A stretch of 16,677 nt of DNA, from assembly GCA_040752415.1 (NCBI GenBank), contig JBFMGU010000235.1, forward strand, positions 1 to 16,677. Direction: 5' to 3'. Position numbers and translations under genes: made by a program. The DNA comes from Myxococcota bacterium. GTDB lineage: Bacteria; Myxococcota; JACRCW01. How positions within the stretch are numbered: position 1 is the stretch's first letter; every line of letters begins with the position of its first letter. Positions 7,128 to 16,677 of this stretch are shown piece by piece. The notes under the pieces were generated by a model. That model was not told the origin of the DNA. It worked only from the letters and a program-made list of their open reading frames with translations, and made no database searches.

Positions 7128-8528
7128 TCAGTTGTGGATGGCCCGACCCTGCGTGGCCAGCGCGGCCTCCCGCACCACCTCGGACAGCGAGGGATGCGCA
7201 TGGCTGGTGCGCGCCACGTCCTCCGAGCTGCCCTCGAACTCGATGGCCAGCGCGATCTCCTGGATGAGGTCACCGGCCTGCGGGCCAATGATGTGCGCGC
7301 CCAGGATGCGGTCCGTCTTCTCGTGCACGAGGATCTTGGTGAACCCCTCGGTGGCGCGCTGCGCCTTGGCGCGACCGTTGGCCTTGAACGGGAAGCTGCC
7401 CTTCTTGTACGGCACGCCCTCCGCGTTCAGCTCCTCCTCGGTCTTCCCGACGGAGGCCACCTCCGGGAACGTGTAGACCACCGCGGGAATGGCCGCGTAG
7501 TTCACGTGCCCGTGCCCGGTGGCCATGATCTCCGCCGCCGCCACGCCTTCATCCTCCGCCTTGTGGGCCAGCATGGGACCGCGGATGACGTCGCCAATGG
7601 CGAAGACGCCCTTCACGTTGGTCTGGAACTGCCCATCCACCTCCACCCGGCCGCGGCCGTCCAGCTTCACGCCCACCGCATCCAGGCCCAGCCCGTCGGT
7701 GAAGGGCCGGCGTCCCGTCGAGACCAGCAGCCGGTCCCCGCGCGTGGTGGTCACCTCTCCCGCGGCGTTGGCGTGCTCCACCACCACCTCGTTGCCCTGC
7801 ACCGTGGCGCCCTGCACCCGGCGACCGAGCTGGAACTCCAGCCCCTGCGCCGCGAGCAGCTTCTGCGCCGCGTTGGCCACCTCCGCGTCCATGCCGGCGA
7901 GGATGCGGTCCATGTACTCGAGCACGGTGACCTTGGCGCCCAGCCGCGACCACACGCTCCCCAGCTCCAAACCGATCACGCCCGCGCCAATGACAATGAG
8001 ATGCCTGGGCACCTCCGGGAAGCTGAGCGCGCCGGTGGAGGTGACAATGCGGTTCTCGTCGACGGTGACGCCCTTGAGGCTGACCGGCGTGGACCCGGTG
8101 GCAATGAGGATGCGTCTGGTCTGGAGCGTGCGCTCGTTGTCGTCGGCGCGCACGGCCACGGTGGTGGGGGAGGTGATGCGGCCGAAGCCGTTGACGCGGT
8201 CCACCTTGTTCTTGCGGAACAGGAAGGCCACGCCCTCGGTGAGACCCTTCACGGTGGTGTCCTTGTGGGACATCATCGTCGGGAGGTCCAGCTCCACGCC
8301 GGAGACCTTGATGCCGTGGCCGGAGAAGCCGTGCTTGGCGTCGTGGAAGCGGTGGCTGGATTCCAACAGCGCCTTGCTGGGGATGCAGCCCACGCGCAGG
8401 CAGGTGCCGCCCAGCGCCTTCTCGGACTCCACGCAGGCCACGCGCATGCCCAGCTGCGCCGCGCGGATGGCAGCCACATACCCGCCCGGCCCCGCGCCGA
8501 TGACGACGAGATCGTAGATGTCGGTCAC
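7128..8528 (-). CDS. lpdA: Dihydrolipoyl dehydrogenase (E3)
   Basis: GAGPGGY FAD motif, GGTCLRVGCIPSK redox disulfide, GAGVIGLE NAD motif, MLAHKA, HAHPSLSE. Confidence 0.97.
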   Translation of the reverse strand: MTDIYDLVVIGAGPGGYVAAIRAAQLGMRVACVESEKALGGTCLRVGCIPSKALLESSHRFHDAKHGFSGHGIKVSGVELDLPTMMSHKDTTVKGLTEGVAFLFRKNKVDRVNGFGRITSPTTVAVRADDNERTLQTRRILIATGSTPVSLKGVTVDENRIVTSTGALSFPEVPRHLIVIGAGVIGLELGSVWSRLGAKVTVLEYMDRILAGMDAEVANAAQKLLAAQGLEFQLGRRVQGATVQGNEVVVEHANAAGEVTTTRGDRLLVSTGRRPFTDGLGLDAVGVKLDGRGRVEVDGQFQTNVKGVFAIGDVIRGPMLAHKAEDEGVAAAEIMATGHGHVNYAAIPAVVYTFPEVASVGKTEEELNAEGVPYKKGSFPFKANGRAKAQRATEGFTKILVHEKTDRILGAHIIGPQAGDLIQEIALAIEFEGSSEDVARTSHAHPSLSEVVREAALATQGRAIHN

Positions 8529-8531
8529 GGC

Positions 8532-9773
8532 TCAGACCTCCAGCAGCAGGCGCTCTGGGGACTCGATGCATTCCTTGATGCGGATCAAGAACTGCACCGC
8601 CTCGCGACCGTCGATGGCGCGGTGATCATAGCTGAGCGCCAGGTACATCATGGGCCGCAGGACGATCTGGCCATTCACGCCGACGGGCCGCTCGATGATG
8701 TTGTGCATCCCGAGGATGCCGGTCTGCGGCGGGTTGAGGATGGGCGTGGAGAGCATGGAGCCGTACACGCCACCGTTGGAGATGGTGAACGTGCCGCCCT
8801 GCAGCTCCTCCATGGAGATCTTGTTCTCGCGGGCGCGCTTGCCGTACTCCGCAATGGTCTTCTCCAGCGCGGCGAAGGAGAGCTTGTCGGCGTCACGAAC
8901 CACCGGGACCACCAGGCCCTTGCCGCCGCCCACCGCCACGCCGATGTCGTAGAACTCCTTGTAGACCATGCTGTCGCCGCGGATCTCCGCGTTGACGGCG
9001 GGGAAGGCCTTCAGCGCCTCGATGGCGGCCTTCACGAAGAAGCTCATGAAGCCCAGCTTGATGCCGTGCTTCTCGGTGAACTTCTCCTTGTAACGCTCGC
9101 GCAGCGCCATCACGCCGCTCATGTCCACCTCGTTGAAGGTGGTGAGGATGGCGGCCTCGTTCTGCACCTGCACCAGGCGCGCGGCCACCGTCCTGCGCAG
9201 CGGCGTCATCTTCACCACGCGCTCGGCGCGGTCACCGGTGGGACGCGGCGCGGGGGCGGGCGCCACGACGGGCGCGGGGGCCGGGATGCTGCGCGTCTCA
9301 ATGGTGCGCTGCACGTCCTCCTTCAGCACGCGGCCTCCACGACCCGTCCCCGTCACCGCGCCCAGGTCCACCTCATGCTGCGCGGCCAGCGAGCGCGCGG
9401 CGGGGTTCACCGGCGCGGCGGCCATGCCCGCACCGACGGCGGCGGCGGGCGGCTGGCTCAACGGTGGGAGGGTGGCGGCCGGCGCGGCGGGAGCGGCGGC
9501 GGGCTTGGTGGGCGGGGTGGCGGCGGCGGGACGTGCACCCGGCTCCAGCTCGGCGAGCACGGCGCCAATGGGCGCGGTCTCACCGGCCTTCTTGAAGATC
9601 TTCTTGATGACGCCCGCCTGCGGCGCGGGCAGCTCGAAGCTGGTCTTCTCGCTGTCCAGCGTCACCACCAGCTCGTCCTTGTCGACGAAGTCACCTTCCT
9701 TGCGCTGCCACTCGCTGATGGTGACTTCCACCACGCTCTCGCCCACCGGAGGCACAACCAGATTGAAAGACAT
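8532..9773 (-). CDS. sucB: 2-oxoglutarate dehydrogenase E2, dihydrolipoyllysine succinyltransferase
   Basis: Starts [17 protein letters not shown] (AGGA RBS at 9782-9785); lipoyl domain, E3-binding [42 protein letters not shown]; 413 aa. Confidence 0.96.
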   Translation of the reverse strand: MSFNLVVPPVGESVVEVTISEWQRKEGDFVDKDELVVTLDSEKTSFELPAPQAGVIKKIFKKAGETAPIGAVLAELEPGARPAAATPPTKPAAAPAAPAATLPPLSQPPAAAVGAGMAAAPVNPAARSLAAQHEVDLGAVTGTGRGGRVLKEDVQRTIETRSIPAPAPVVAPAPAPRPTGDRAERVVKMTPLRRTVAARLVQVQNEAAILTTFNEVDMSGVMALRERYKEKFTEKHGIKLGFMSFFVKAAIEALKAFPAVNAEIRGDSMVYKEFYDIGVAVGGGKGLVVPVVRDADKLSFAALEKTIAEYGKRARENKISMEELQGGTFTISNGGVYGSMLSTPILNPPQTGILGMHNIIERPVGVNGQIVLRPMMYLALSYDHRAIDGREAVQFLIRIKECIESPERLLLEV

Positions 9774-9889
9774 TCGCTGAATCCTGAAGGGGTGCTCACA
9801 AGCGGGCGCCTCTATACGCCACCGCCCGCGGCCACGTCGAGAAGTCCGTAACGAAGCAGGGCCGTCACGGCACGTCCGACGTCCAACCC

Positions 9890-11833
9890 TCAGCGACGAC
9901 GGGACTGGCGCTGCAGCTCCACGAGCGGGAGCGTGGTGATCTCCCCGGGCACGAGCTGCACGCTGAACCGCGCGGACTGGTGGCCACGCGCGCTCACCAT
10001 GACCTCCACGGTATCCCGGATGGGCAGGTCCGGAACCAGCAGGCCATCCCGACCGGTGGTCCCCACGTGCGTTCCCTCGACGTGGACCTCCGCCCCCACG
10101 GGCCGCGTGAAGATGCGCAGCGTACCGGTGGCGGGGACGGGCGCGGGCTCGGGCACGGCGGGCGTGGCGACGGGCGCGGGAGCGGGAACCGGCGCCACGG
10201 GCTGCACGGCGGCAGCGGGAGCGGGAACAGGGGTGGGCTCCGACGTGGGACGCAGGCTGGCCCAGCCCACCGCCGCGGCGGTGAGGAACGCGAGCCCGAA
10301 GAGGAAGGGACGGATGGCCGGCGCCGACGGAGCGCTCTCCACGTCGTCGACGAGCTCGCCGTGCAGACGCCGCCACTCATGGAACGGCGTGCTGGGCCAG
10401 TGCAGCACCCGCCGACCCGCCTCCTCCGGACGCGCCAGGCTGCGCGGCACCACCACGACGGGCGCGGGGGGCGGCGGCACGGGCACCGGCAGCGGCGCGG
10501 GCTCCGCGTTGAACTGCGGCATGGCAAAGGCGGGCCCGGTACCCCACGCCGGGGTCAAAGCGCGCATGGTGGCGGGGAGCGCCAGCGCCGGCTCCCAGGG
10601 GTTCCAGTTGAACGAGGCGGACGCCGGCGGCGTGCCCTTGAGCGCAATGACGTTGCGCAGCAGCGAGATGGACGCCTCGAACGGCGCCATGCCGTGGATG
10701 AGGGAGGCGGGCGGGTCGTATTCCACGTCGCGGGAGATGCGGGGGGCGCGCGGGAGCACGCGGCTCTCGTCGTCGGCGGCCACGATGTGCTGGGTGAGGA
10801 CCTCGGTGGGCTCCGGCGGCACCTCCGGCACCGTGGGGCCCGGCGGCAGGAAGTCCTGCGGCACCGGCGGCGGCAACGGACGCAGCTCCGCCAGCACGCC
10901 CACACCCGGCGTGGGACAGAGGTGCGTGGCGTGGTCCTGCATCCAGCGCGCAAAGTGCGACTGGTTCACCTCACCCACCTCCTTGCGGATCCACTCGTCG
11001 AGCGCGGCCGCGAACGCCTGCATGTCCCGCGTGCGCTTGCGCCGGTCCCGCTGCAGCGCCGCCAGCACGATCCTGTCCAGGGAGCGCGGCACCTCGCGGT
11101 TGATCGACGAGGGACGCGGGGGATCCTCGGTCAGGATCCGGCGCACCACCACCACCGGGTGATCATCCCCGGCGTGCATCTTCCTGCCGGTCACCAGCTC
11201 GTGCAGCACCACTCCCAGCGAGTACACGTCGGTGCGCGCGTCCAGCGGCTCCGTCTGGCACTGCTCCGGCGACATGTAGTTGATCTTGCCCTTCACCACG
11301 CCGGTCTGCGTGTTGGTGGCGTTGTCCACCGCCTTGGCCACGCCAAAGTCGATGACCTTCACCTCGCCGTGGCGCGTGACCAGGATGTTCTGCGGGCTGA
11401 CGTCACGGTGGACCACGTTGAGCGGCTCACCCTCGTCATTGCAGGCGATGTGCGCGTGGTGCAGTCCCTCCGCCGCGCGCGCCACGATGTAGCAGCACAA
11501 CGCCAGCGAGAGGCCGTGGCCCTGCTTGCGCGCGTCGGCGACGAGGGCGGAGAGCGTGGGGCCTTCCAGGAACTCCATGGCCATGAAGGGCGTGCCCTCC
11601 ACGTGACCCCACTCATGCACGCGCGCCACGTTGGGATGATCCAGCCGGGAGACCAGGCGCGCCTCATCCATGAACATGGTGACGAACTCACGCTGCGCGG
11701 CGAGGTCGGGGAGGATGCGCTTGAGAGCCACCCAGCGCGGCGTGCGCAGATCACGCGCCAGGTAGATCTCCGCCATGCCGCCCTGCGCCACGCGACGGAT
11801 GATCCGGTAGTGACCGAAGATGCTGTTCGTCAC
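9890..11833 (-). CDS. Hanks-type Ser/Thr protein kinase with Pro-rich linker, one TM helix and C-terminal PEGA-like domain
   Basis: [79 protein letters not shown] signature; GAGGA RBS before GTG 11833. Confidence 0.93.
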   Translation of the reverse strand: MTNSIFGHYRIIRRVAQGGMAEIYLARDLRTPRWVALKRILPDLAAQREFVTMFMDEARLVSRLDHPNVARVHEWGHVEGTPFMAMEFLEGPTLSALVADARKQGHGLSLALCCYIVARAAEGLHHAHIACNDEGEPLNVVHRDVSPQNILVTRHGEVKVIDFGVAKAVDNATNTQTGVVKGKINYMSPEQCQTEPLDARTDVYSLGVVLHELVTGRKMHAGDDHPVVVVRRILTEDPPRPSSINREVPRSLDRIVLAALQRDRRKRTRDMQAFAAALDEWIRKEVGEVNQSHFARWMQDHATHLCPTPGVGVLAELRPLPPPVPQDFLPPGPTVPEVPPEPTEVLTQHIVAADDESRVLPRAPRISRDVEYDPPASLIHGMAPFEASISLLRNVIALKGTPPASASFNWNPWEPALALPATMRALTPAWGTGPAFAMPQFNAEPAPLPVPVPPPPAPVVVVPRSLARPEEAGRRVLHWPSTPFHEWRRLHGELVDDVESAPSAPAIRPFLFGLAFLTAAAVGWASLRPTSEPTPVPAPAAAVQPVAPVPAPAPVATPAVPEPAPVPATGTLRIFTRPVGAEVHVEGTHVGTTGRDGLLVPDLPIRDTVEVMVSARGHQSARFSVQLVPGEITTLPLVELQRQSRRR

Positions 11834-11863
11834 GGAGTCCTCGCTGTCCCCGAAGGCGTGGCG

Positions 11864-11872
11864 AATCTAGCA
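11864..11872 (-). promoter_or_regulatory. Putative extended -10 promoter for the kinase gene (TGcTAGATT)
   Basis: Minus strand TG-C-TAGATT about 30 nt upstream of the kinase start, within the 261-bp sucA-kinase gap. Confidence 0.4.
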
Positions 11873-12094
11873 CCGCCACGCGGGTGGCGCGCTTCTTTGT
11901 CGTCGTCACAAGCGTAGACACACGCGCCTACAGGACGTTCGACGGATGCTCCAGCTCATGCACCGGCCGCGTCACGCGCTGAAGCTCAAGGAGTGGTGCG
12001 CGGGCGTACGCGCGGCCGGGGCAGACGCGCCGCGACGACGTTGCCGGGTGTGGTGAGCCTGGTGATGGCGGACAGGGGACGTGGTGCCGACGGG

Positions 12095-14875
12095 TCAGGG
12101 CTTGGTGCCCAGCGCCTCGTCCACCAGCATGGACTGCTCGAGCTTGTGCGCGGCGAGGCTGCCGGTGGCCGGCGACGGGCTCTCCGCGCGCGCCACGTGC
12201 GAGAGCGGATGGCGCTCGGTGATGGACTTGGGGAGCTTGCCGCGGATGAACGCCCACGCGCCCTGGTTGAGCGGCTCCTCCTGCACCCAGACCAGCGGCG
12301 TACCGGCGGCGTACTTCTGCAGCTCCTCGGCCAGCAGGGTGAGCGGGAAGGGATAGAGCTGCTCCAGGCGGATGATGGCCACGTCGTCACGACCGCGCTC
12401 CACCCGCGCCTGGTCCAGGTCAAAGTAGACCTTGCCGCTGCACAGCAGCACGCGACGGATCTTCGCGCGGTCATTCTCCTCGCGGTCGCCGATGAGGCGG
12501 ACGAAGCGGCCGCGGCTGAACTCCGCGAGATCACTGACGACGGACTTGTGGCGCAACAGGCTCTTGGGCGTGAACAGCACCAGCGGCTTGCGGAACAGGC
12601 GCAGCACCTGGCGACGCAGCAGGTGGAACAGCTGCGCCGGCGTGGTGACGTTGGCCACCTGGATGTTGTCCTGCGCGGACAGGTGCAGGAAGCGGCCCAC
12701 GCGTGCGCTGGAGTGCTCCGGCCCCTGGCCCTCGTAACCGTGGGGCAGCATCAGCGTGAGACCGGAGAGCCGGTTCCACTTGGTCTCCGCGCTGATGAGG
12801 AACTGGTCGATGATGACCTGCGCCGCGTTCACGAAGTCGCCGAACTGCGCTTCCCAGATGATGAGCGCGTCGGGGTAGTCCAGGCTGTAGCCGTAGTCGA
12901 AGCCGAGCACGCCGGCCTCACTGAGCGGGCTGTCGTAGACCTCGAAGGGCGCCTGGCCCGCGCGCACGTGCTGCAGCGGCGTGTAGCTGTTCCCGTCGAC
13001 GGTGCTGGTCAGCACGGCGTGACGGTGTGCGAACGTGCCGCGTCGACTGTCCTGGCCGGAGAGCCGCACCGGGTAGCCCTGGTGCACCAGCGAGGCAAAC
13101 GTCAGCGCCTCCGCCGCGCCCCAGTCCAACGGCTTCACGCCCTGCGCCATCTCCCGACGCGCCTCCAGGAACTTCACCAGCTTGGGATGCACGGCGAAGT
13201 CCGGCGGCGGGGTGCTGATGGAGGTGAGCAGCTGGCGGCACAGGTCTTCCGGGATGGCGGTGTTGACCTCGGGCGTCTCGGCGTCCTTGCCGCCCTTGTA
13301 CTTGGACCACAGGCCCGCCAGCGCGCTGATGGGCCGCTGGTGGAAGCCGGGATTGCGTGCGTTCTGCAACGCCTGCTCCAGCGACTGTCGCTTGTTCTCG
13401 CGGATCTCCTCGGCCTGCTGCTCGGTGACGTGACCCAGCTTGAGCAGGTGGGTCATGTACTCCTCCCGCACCGTCTTCTTGCGGGAGATGGCCTGGTACA
13501 TGAGCGGCTGGGTGAAGGAAGGCTCGTCGCCCTCGTTGTGGCCGAACTTGCGGTAGCAGAACAGGTCGATGATGACGTCCTTGCCGAAGGTCTGCCGCCA
13601 ATCCACCGCCAGCTTCACGACGTGCGCCACCGCCTCCGGGTCCTCCCCGTTCACGTGGAAGATGGGGATGTGGAACATGCGGCCGATGTCGGTGGCCTGG
13701 GGCGTGGAGCGTGCGCTCTCCGGCGGCGTGGTGAAGCCCACCTGGTTGTTCACCACGACGTGGATGGTGCCGCCGGTGGCATAGCCGGGCAGCGCGGCGA
13801 GCTGCATGGTCTCCATCACCAGGCCCTGGCCCGCGAACGCCGCGTCGCCGTGGACGATGAGCGGGAGCACCTGCTGCGGGTTGCCGCGGGAGAAGCGGTC
13901 CTGCTTGGCGCGCGTGCGCCCCTCCACCACGCAGTTCACCCACTCGAGGTGGCTGGGGTTGAAGCACAGTGAGAGGTGCACGCTCTTGCCGTTGGGCAGC
14001 TTGCGGTCGGTGCTGTAGCCCAGGTGGTACTTGACGTCGCCACCGCCGAGGTAGGCCTCCGGGTGCTTGTCGTCGAACGCGGCGAAGAGGTGCTCCGGCT
14101 CCTGGTCCATGATGTTGACCAGCACGTTGAGCCGTCCGCGGTGCGCCATGCCAATGACCACCTCACGCACGCCGGACACGCCGGCGCTGTCCACCACGAG
14201 GTCCATCAGCGGGATGAGGCTCTCCCCGCCCTCCAGCGAGAAGCGCTTGGCCCCCACGAACTTGGTGTGCAGGAACTGCTCGAAGCTCTCCGCCTCCGTC
14301 AGCTTGGTGAGGATGCGGAGCTGCTCCTCCTGGGTGAGGGTGAGACGGTTGCGCGTGGCCTCCATGCGGTTCTGGAGCCACAGCCGCATGGTGTTGTCCT
14401 CGATGTGCGAGAACTCCACGCCAATGGAGCGGCAGTAGGTCTCGCGCAGCTGGGCCACCATGTCGCGCACGCGCGCCACCGCGGGGCCGGGCAGGGTGCC
14501 GGAGGGAACCAGCTGGTCCAGCTCTCCGTCGGAGAAGGCCTCGGTCTCCAGGTCCGGACCGGAGCCCGCGCCGGCCTTCAGGCCCAGCGGGTCCAGGTTG
14601 GCGTACTTGTGACCGCGCGCACGGTAGGCGCCAATGAGACGGAACACGCGGTCCTGCAGCTCGGCGGCGGCGCCCACGCGCGGCACCACCGGCGTGGGGG
14701 TCAGGGTCAGCGCGGCGGCGAAGCCGTTGGTGCCGTGGCCGTTGGCGTGACCGTTGCCCTTGGAGAAGCTCTCGAAGAGCTGACGCCAGCTGGGATCCAC
14801 GCTCTGGGGGTCGGCCAGGAACTTCTCGTAGAGCTCCTCGGCGAAAGACAGGTTGTGCGGGCTCTGGAATTCCAT
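12095..14875 (-). CDS. sucA: 2-oxoglutarate dehydrogenase E1
   Basis: SVDPSW N-terminal motif, AYRARGH, KRFSLEGGE, GMAHRGRLN, GDVKYH, ThDP-binding HGDAAFAGQG..NNQ, WEAQFGDF, PHGYEGQGPEHSS; probable start MEFQ at 14875 (926 aa). Confidence 0.97.
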   Translation of the reverse strand: MEFQSPHNLSFAEELYEKFLADPQSVDPSWRQLFESFSKGNGHANGHGTNGFAAALTLTPTPVVPRVGAAAELQDRVFRLIGAYRARGHKYANLDPLGLKAGAGSGPDLETEAFSDGELDQLVPSGTLPGPAVARVRDMVAQLRETYCRSIGVEFSHIEDNTMRLWLQNRMEATRNRLTLTQEEQLRILTKLTEAESFEQFLHTKFVGAKRFSLEGGESLIPLMDLVVDSAGVSGVREVVIGMAHRGRLNVLVNIMDQEPEHLFAAFDDKHPEAYLGGGDVKYHLGYSTDRKLPNGKSVHLSLCFNPSHLEWVNCVVEGRTRAKQDRFSRGNPQQVLPLIVHGDAAFAGQGLVMETMQLAALPGYATGGTIHVVVNNQVGFTTPPESARSTPQATDIGRMFHIPIFHVNGEDPEAVAHVVKLAVDWRQTFGKDVIIDLFCYRKFGHNEGDEPSFTQPLMYQAISRKKTVREEYMTHLLKLGHVTEQQAEEIRENKRQSLEQALQNARNPGFHQRPISALAGLWSKYKGGKDAETPEVNTAIPEDLCRQLLTSISTPPPDFAVHPKLVKFLEARREMAQGVKPLDWGAAEALTFASLVHQGYPVRLSGQDSRRGTFAHRHAVLTSTVDGNSYTPLQHVRAGQAPFEVYDSPLSEAGVLGFDYGYSLDYPDALIIWEAQFGDFVNAAQVIIDQFLISAETKWNRLSGLTLMLPHGYEGQGPEHSSARVGRFLHLSAQDNIQVANVTTPAQLFHLLRRQVLRLFRKPLVLFTPKSLLRHKSVVSDLAEFSRGRFVRLIGDREENDRAKIRRVLLCSGKVYFDLDQARVERGRDDVAIIRLEQLYPFPLTLLAEELQKYAAGTPLVWVQEEPLNQGAWAFIRGKLPKSITERHPLSHVARAESPSPATGSLAAHKLEQSMLVDEALGTKP

Positions 14876-15016
14876 GCGGGCTCTTCTGCTGCACGGCGGG
14901 GGTTGATGCAAGCGTTGGAGTCCGTGCCCTGGCCCATTGCCTCACATGCTTGGGCTGGCCTATCTGCTGAGTCGGGACGCGGCCCGCGAAATCGTTGCCG
15001 CGGCGGGAAACCACCG

Positions 15017-16306
15017 ATGACCACTTCGTCGATCACTTGGCTGTTCTCCATCCAGCTCCTGGCGCAAGCGCCCCAGACGCCCCCGCCCGCGCCGCCCGCC
15101 GTTCCCGCTGCGCCTGCGCCGGCCGCTCCCGCTCCCGCGGTGGACGTCACGTCGCCCGCGCCGCCGCCGACGACACCCGCGCCGGAAGCCGCTCCCGCTC
15201 CGGCTGCTCCCGCCGCCACGCCCGCGGCCCCGGAGACGCCCGCGCCGGCTGCACCGTTGGCGGCCGCGCTCCCGCGTGTGTGGGTGGCGCCGCTGCAGGC
15301 CACCGGCCTGGACAGCGCGCTGGTGGCGGTGATCAACGAGTCGATTGTGAGCGAGGCCAAGCAGGTGGGCGGCCACGACGTCATCACGGAGTCCGACCTG
15401 GCCGCGCTGCTCAGCCAGGAGCAACGCGCGCAGGTGCTGGGTTGCCAGGACCCCAGCTGCTTCACCGACCTGGGCAAGGCCGCGCGCGCCGACAAGGTGC
15501 TCAGCTGCACCGCCGCCAAGGCGGGGCTGGATGTGCTGCTGGCCTGTCGCGTGGTGGGCGTGAAGGAGGCGGCGCAGCTGGCCAGCAAGGACCGCAAGGT
15601 CCCCGACAACATCACCGCCATTGCCGACGCGGCGCGCGCCCTGGTGGGCCTGGTGCTGACCGGTCAGGCGCGCGAGCGGCGTGGCCTGGTGGAGCTGAAG
15701 GTCTCCGAGCCCGGCGCCGGCATCCTCGTCGACGGTCGCGAGGTGGGCCAGAGCCCGATGAAGGAGCCGGTGCGCCTGGATGAAGGCAAGCGGGAGATCA
15801 TCATCAAGAAGGGCGGGTACGCCACCTGGCGCTCCACCCTCGACGTGCAGGCCGGCAGCTACACCGTGGTGGACGCGCAGCTGGCGGCCACGCGCGCCAT
15901 CCAGCTGTGGCCCTTTGGTGTGGCCGCGTTGGCCTTTGGCGCGGCGGCCCTGGGGCTGGGCGTGAGCACCGGTCTGGGGCTGGGCATCACCGCGGACTGT
16001 CTCTACTGGGGTGAGGTCCGTGGCTATGGCGAGGTGGTGCGCACCGCCACCGGCAATGCTCCGCCCGCGGCCCCGATGAGCGCCGAGGTGTGTCGTCGTC
16101 TTCCCGCTGCCACGCCGGCGTACAAGCAGCGCCCCATTGACAGCTACACCGTGGCGGACCGCGAGACGCAGGTGCTGCTGGTTGGCAACGTGGGAGCCAA
16201 TGTGGCCTACGGCGCGGCGCTGTTTGCCGCGGGCATCTCCCTGGCCGCTGGCGTGGCGCTCGTGGTCACCGACGTCATCATCCGCACGGTGCGTCGCGAG
16301 GAGTGA
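15017..16306 (+). CDS. PEGA-domain-containing exported/membrane protein
   Basis: 429 aa from ATG 15017: short hydrophobic N-terminus ending LLAQA, Pro/Ala tract, GC.D..C...LG....AD alpha/beta domain, PEGA (EPGAGILVDGREVGQSPM...G...IIIKKGGY), and two Gly/Ala-rich hydrophobic C-terminal segments. Confidence 0.8.
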   Translation: MTTSSITWLFSIQLLAQAPQTPPPAPPAVPAAPAPAAPAPAVDVTSPAPPPTTPAPEAAPAPAAPAATPAAPETPAPAAPLAAALPRVWVAPLQATGLDSALVAVINESIVSEAKQVGGHDVITESDLAALLSQEQRAQVLGCQDPSCFTDLGKAARADKVLSCTAAKAGLDVLLACRVVGVKEAAQLASKDRKVPDNITAIADAARALVGLVLTGQARERRGLVELKVSEPGAGILVDGREVGQSPMKEPVRLDEGKREIIIKKGGYATWRSTLDVQAGSYTVVDAQLAATRAIQLWPFGVAALAFGAAALGLGVSTGLGLGITADCLYWGEVRGYGEVVRTATGNAPPAAPMSAEVCRRLPAATPAYKQRPIDSYTVADRETQVLLVGNVGANVAYGAALFAAGISLAAGVALVVTDVIIRTVRREE

Positions 16307-16395
16307 CCCGGGCGGCGCCGCTCTCGGCTGGGCCGTGACTGCGCCTCGGAAACATCCGGTGGCGTCCCGACGCGACCCGAACTGGACCTCGCAGG

Positions 16396-16432
16396 TGTCT
16401 GAGTTTCAGTCACCCTGTCCGAAATTCAGACA
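16396..16432. promoter_or_regulatory. Tandem palindromic sites, probable UAS for a sigma54 enhancer-binding protein
   Basis: TGTCTGAGTTTCAGTCA (16396-16412) and TGTCCGAAATTCAGACA (16416-16432): two imperfect TGTC-N9-GACA palindromes 20 bp apart, upstream of a -24/-12 motif. Confidence 0.55.
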
Positions 16433-16474
16433 GGTCTGGAGGGCCTTTACACGCGGTTTCCGTCGAGAAGTGGG

Positions 16475-16491
16475 TTGGCACTGCTTGTGCT
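16475..16491 (+). promoter_or_regulatory. Sigma54 (-24/-12) promoter
   Basis: TTGGCACTGCTTGTGCT: GG at 16477-16478 and GC at 16489-16490 with exact N10 spacing; close to the consensus TGGCAC-N5-TTGCW. Confidence 0.6.
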
Positions 16492-16677
16492 TTGCGCCAC
16501 CACGCCCCCCCGGCCCCAAGAACAAACCAGCCAGGCGGCGTGGCCACAATGCCTGGCTGGGGGGCTAAGAGACAGTGGGGGTTGGCACGGAGATAAGCAC
16601 CGGAATTGCCAGATTCCGACCGGGAAACCAGCGGCCCACGGGCCCGCTGGCTCCCATACGTAACCGGCCAATCTGTA

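Noticed and set aside
9811..9840. Possible internal sucB promoter TCGACG-N18-TATAGA on the minus strand
   Set aside because: Only a partial consensus match; cannot be supported without TSS data.
9774..10376. 201-aa N-terminal extension of SucB in the ORF track
   Set aside because: Arg-rich off-frame read through the kinase 3' end; the lipoyl domain begins at ATG 9773 with an RBS.
11382..11411. Kinase catalytic loop HRDVSPQN lacking the usual Lys, suggesting a pseudokinase
   Set aside because: This is a common variant in myxobacterial kinases; the VALK Lys, HRD, Asn and DFG are all intact.
7134..15016. Long plus-strand ORFs (7134-9851, 9980-11917, 11993-13972, 5' part of 13976-16306)
   Set aside because: Stop-free antisense frames of lpdA, sucB, the kinase and sucA; no recognisable motifs.
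16582..16599. Second sigma54-like motif TTGGCACGGAGATAAGCA
   Set aside because: GG-to-GC spacing is 11 nt rather than the strictly required 10, although it repeats the GGGTTGGCAC of the upstream site.

Overview
GC-rich bacterial window, most consistent with a myxobacterium/Myxococcota relative (inferred from the [12 protein letters not shown] Ser/Thr kinase, PEGA proteins and strong GC3 bias). Gene order: multi-S1-domain RpsA-like gene (+); a phased 21-bp repeat array; a 6S-RNA-like rod (-); a 687-aa hypothetical with a clan-CD protease-like His/Cys dyad (-); clsB-ybhP-like pair (+); a REPIN-like 30-bp inverted repeat; the 2-oxoglutarate dehydrogenase cluster on the minus strand (sucA, membrane Ser/Thr kinase, sucB, lpdA, GNAT); a PEGA-domain protein (+); and a sigma54-type promoter with tandem enhancer-like palindromes followed by several hairpins. 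Most genes are housekeeping. The most interesting items are the non-coding 1800-2215 segment next to the protease-like gene, the kinase and GNAT embedded in the ODH cluster, and the sigma54-driven structured RNA candidate. All calls are by eye; no searches or folding programs were run.
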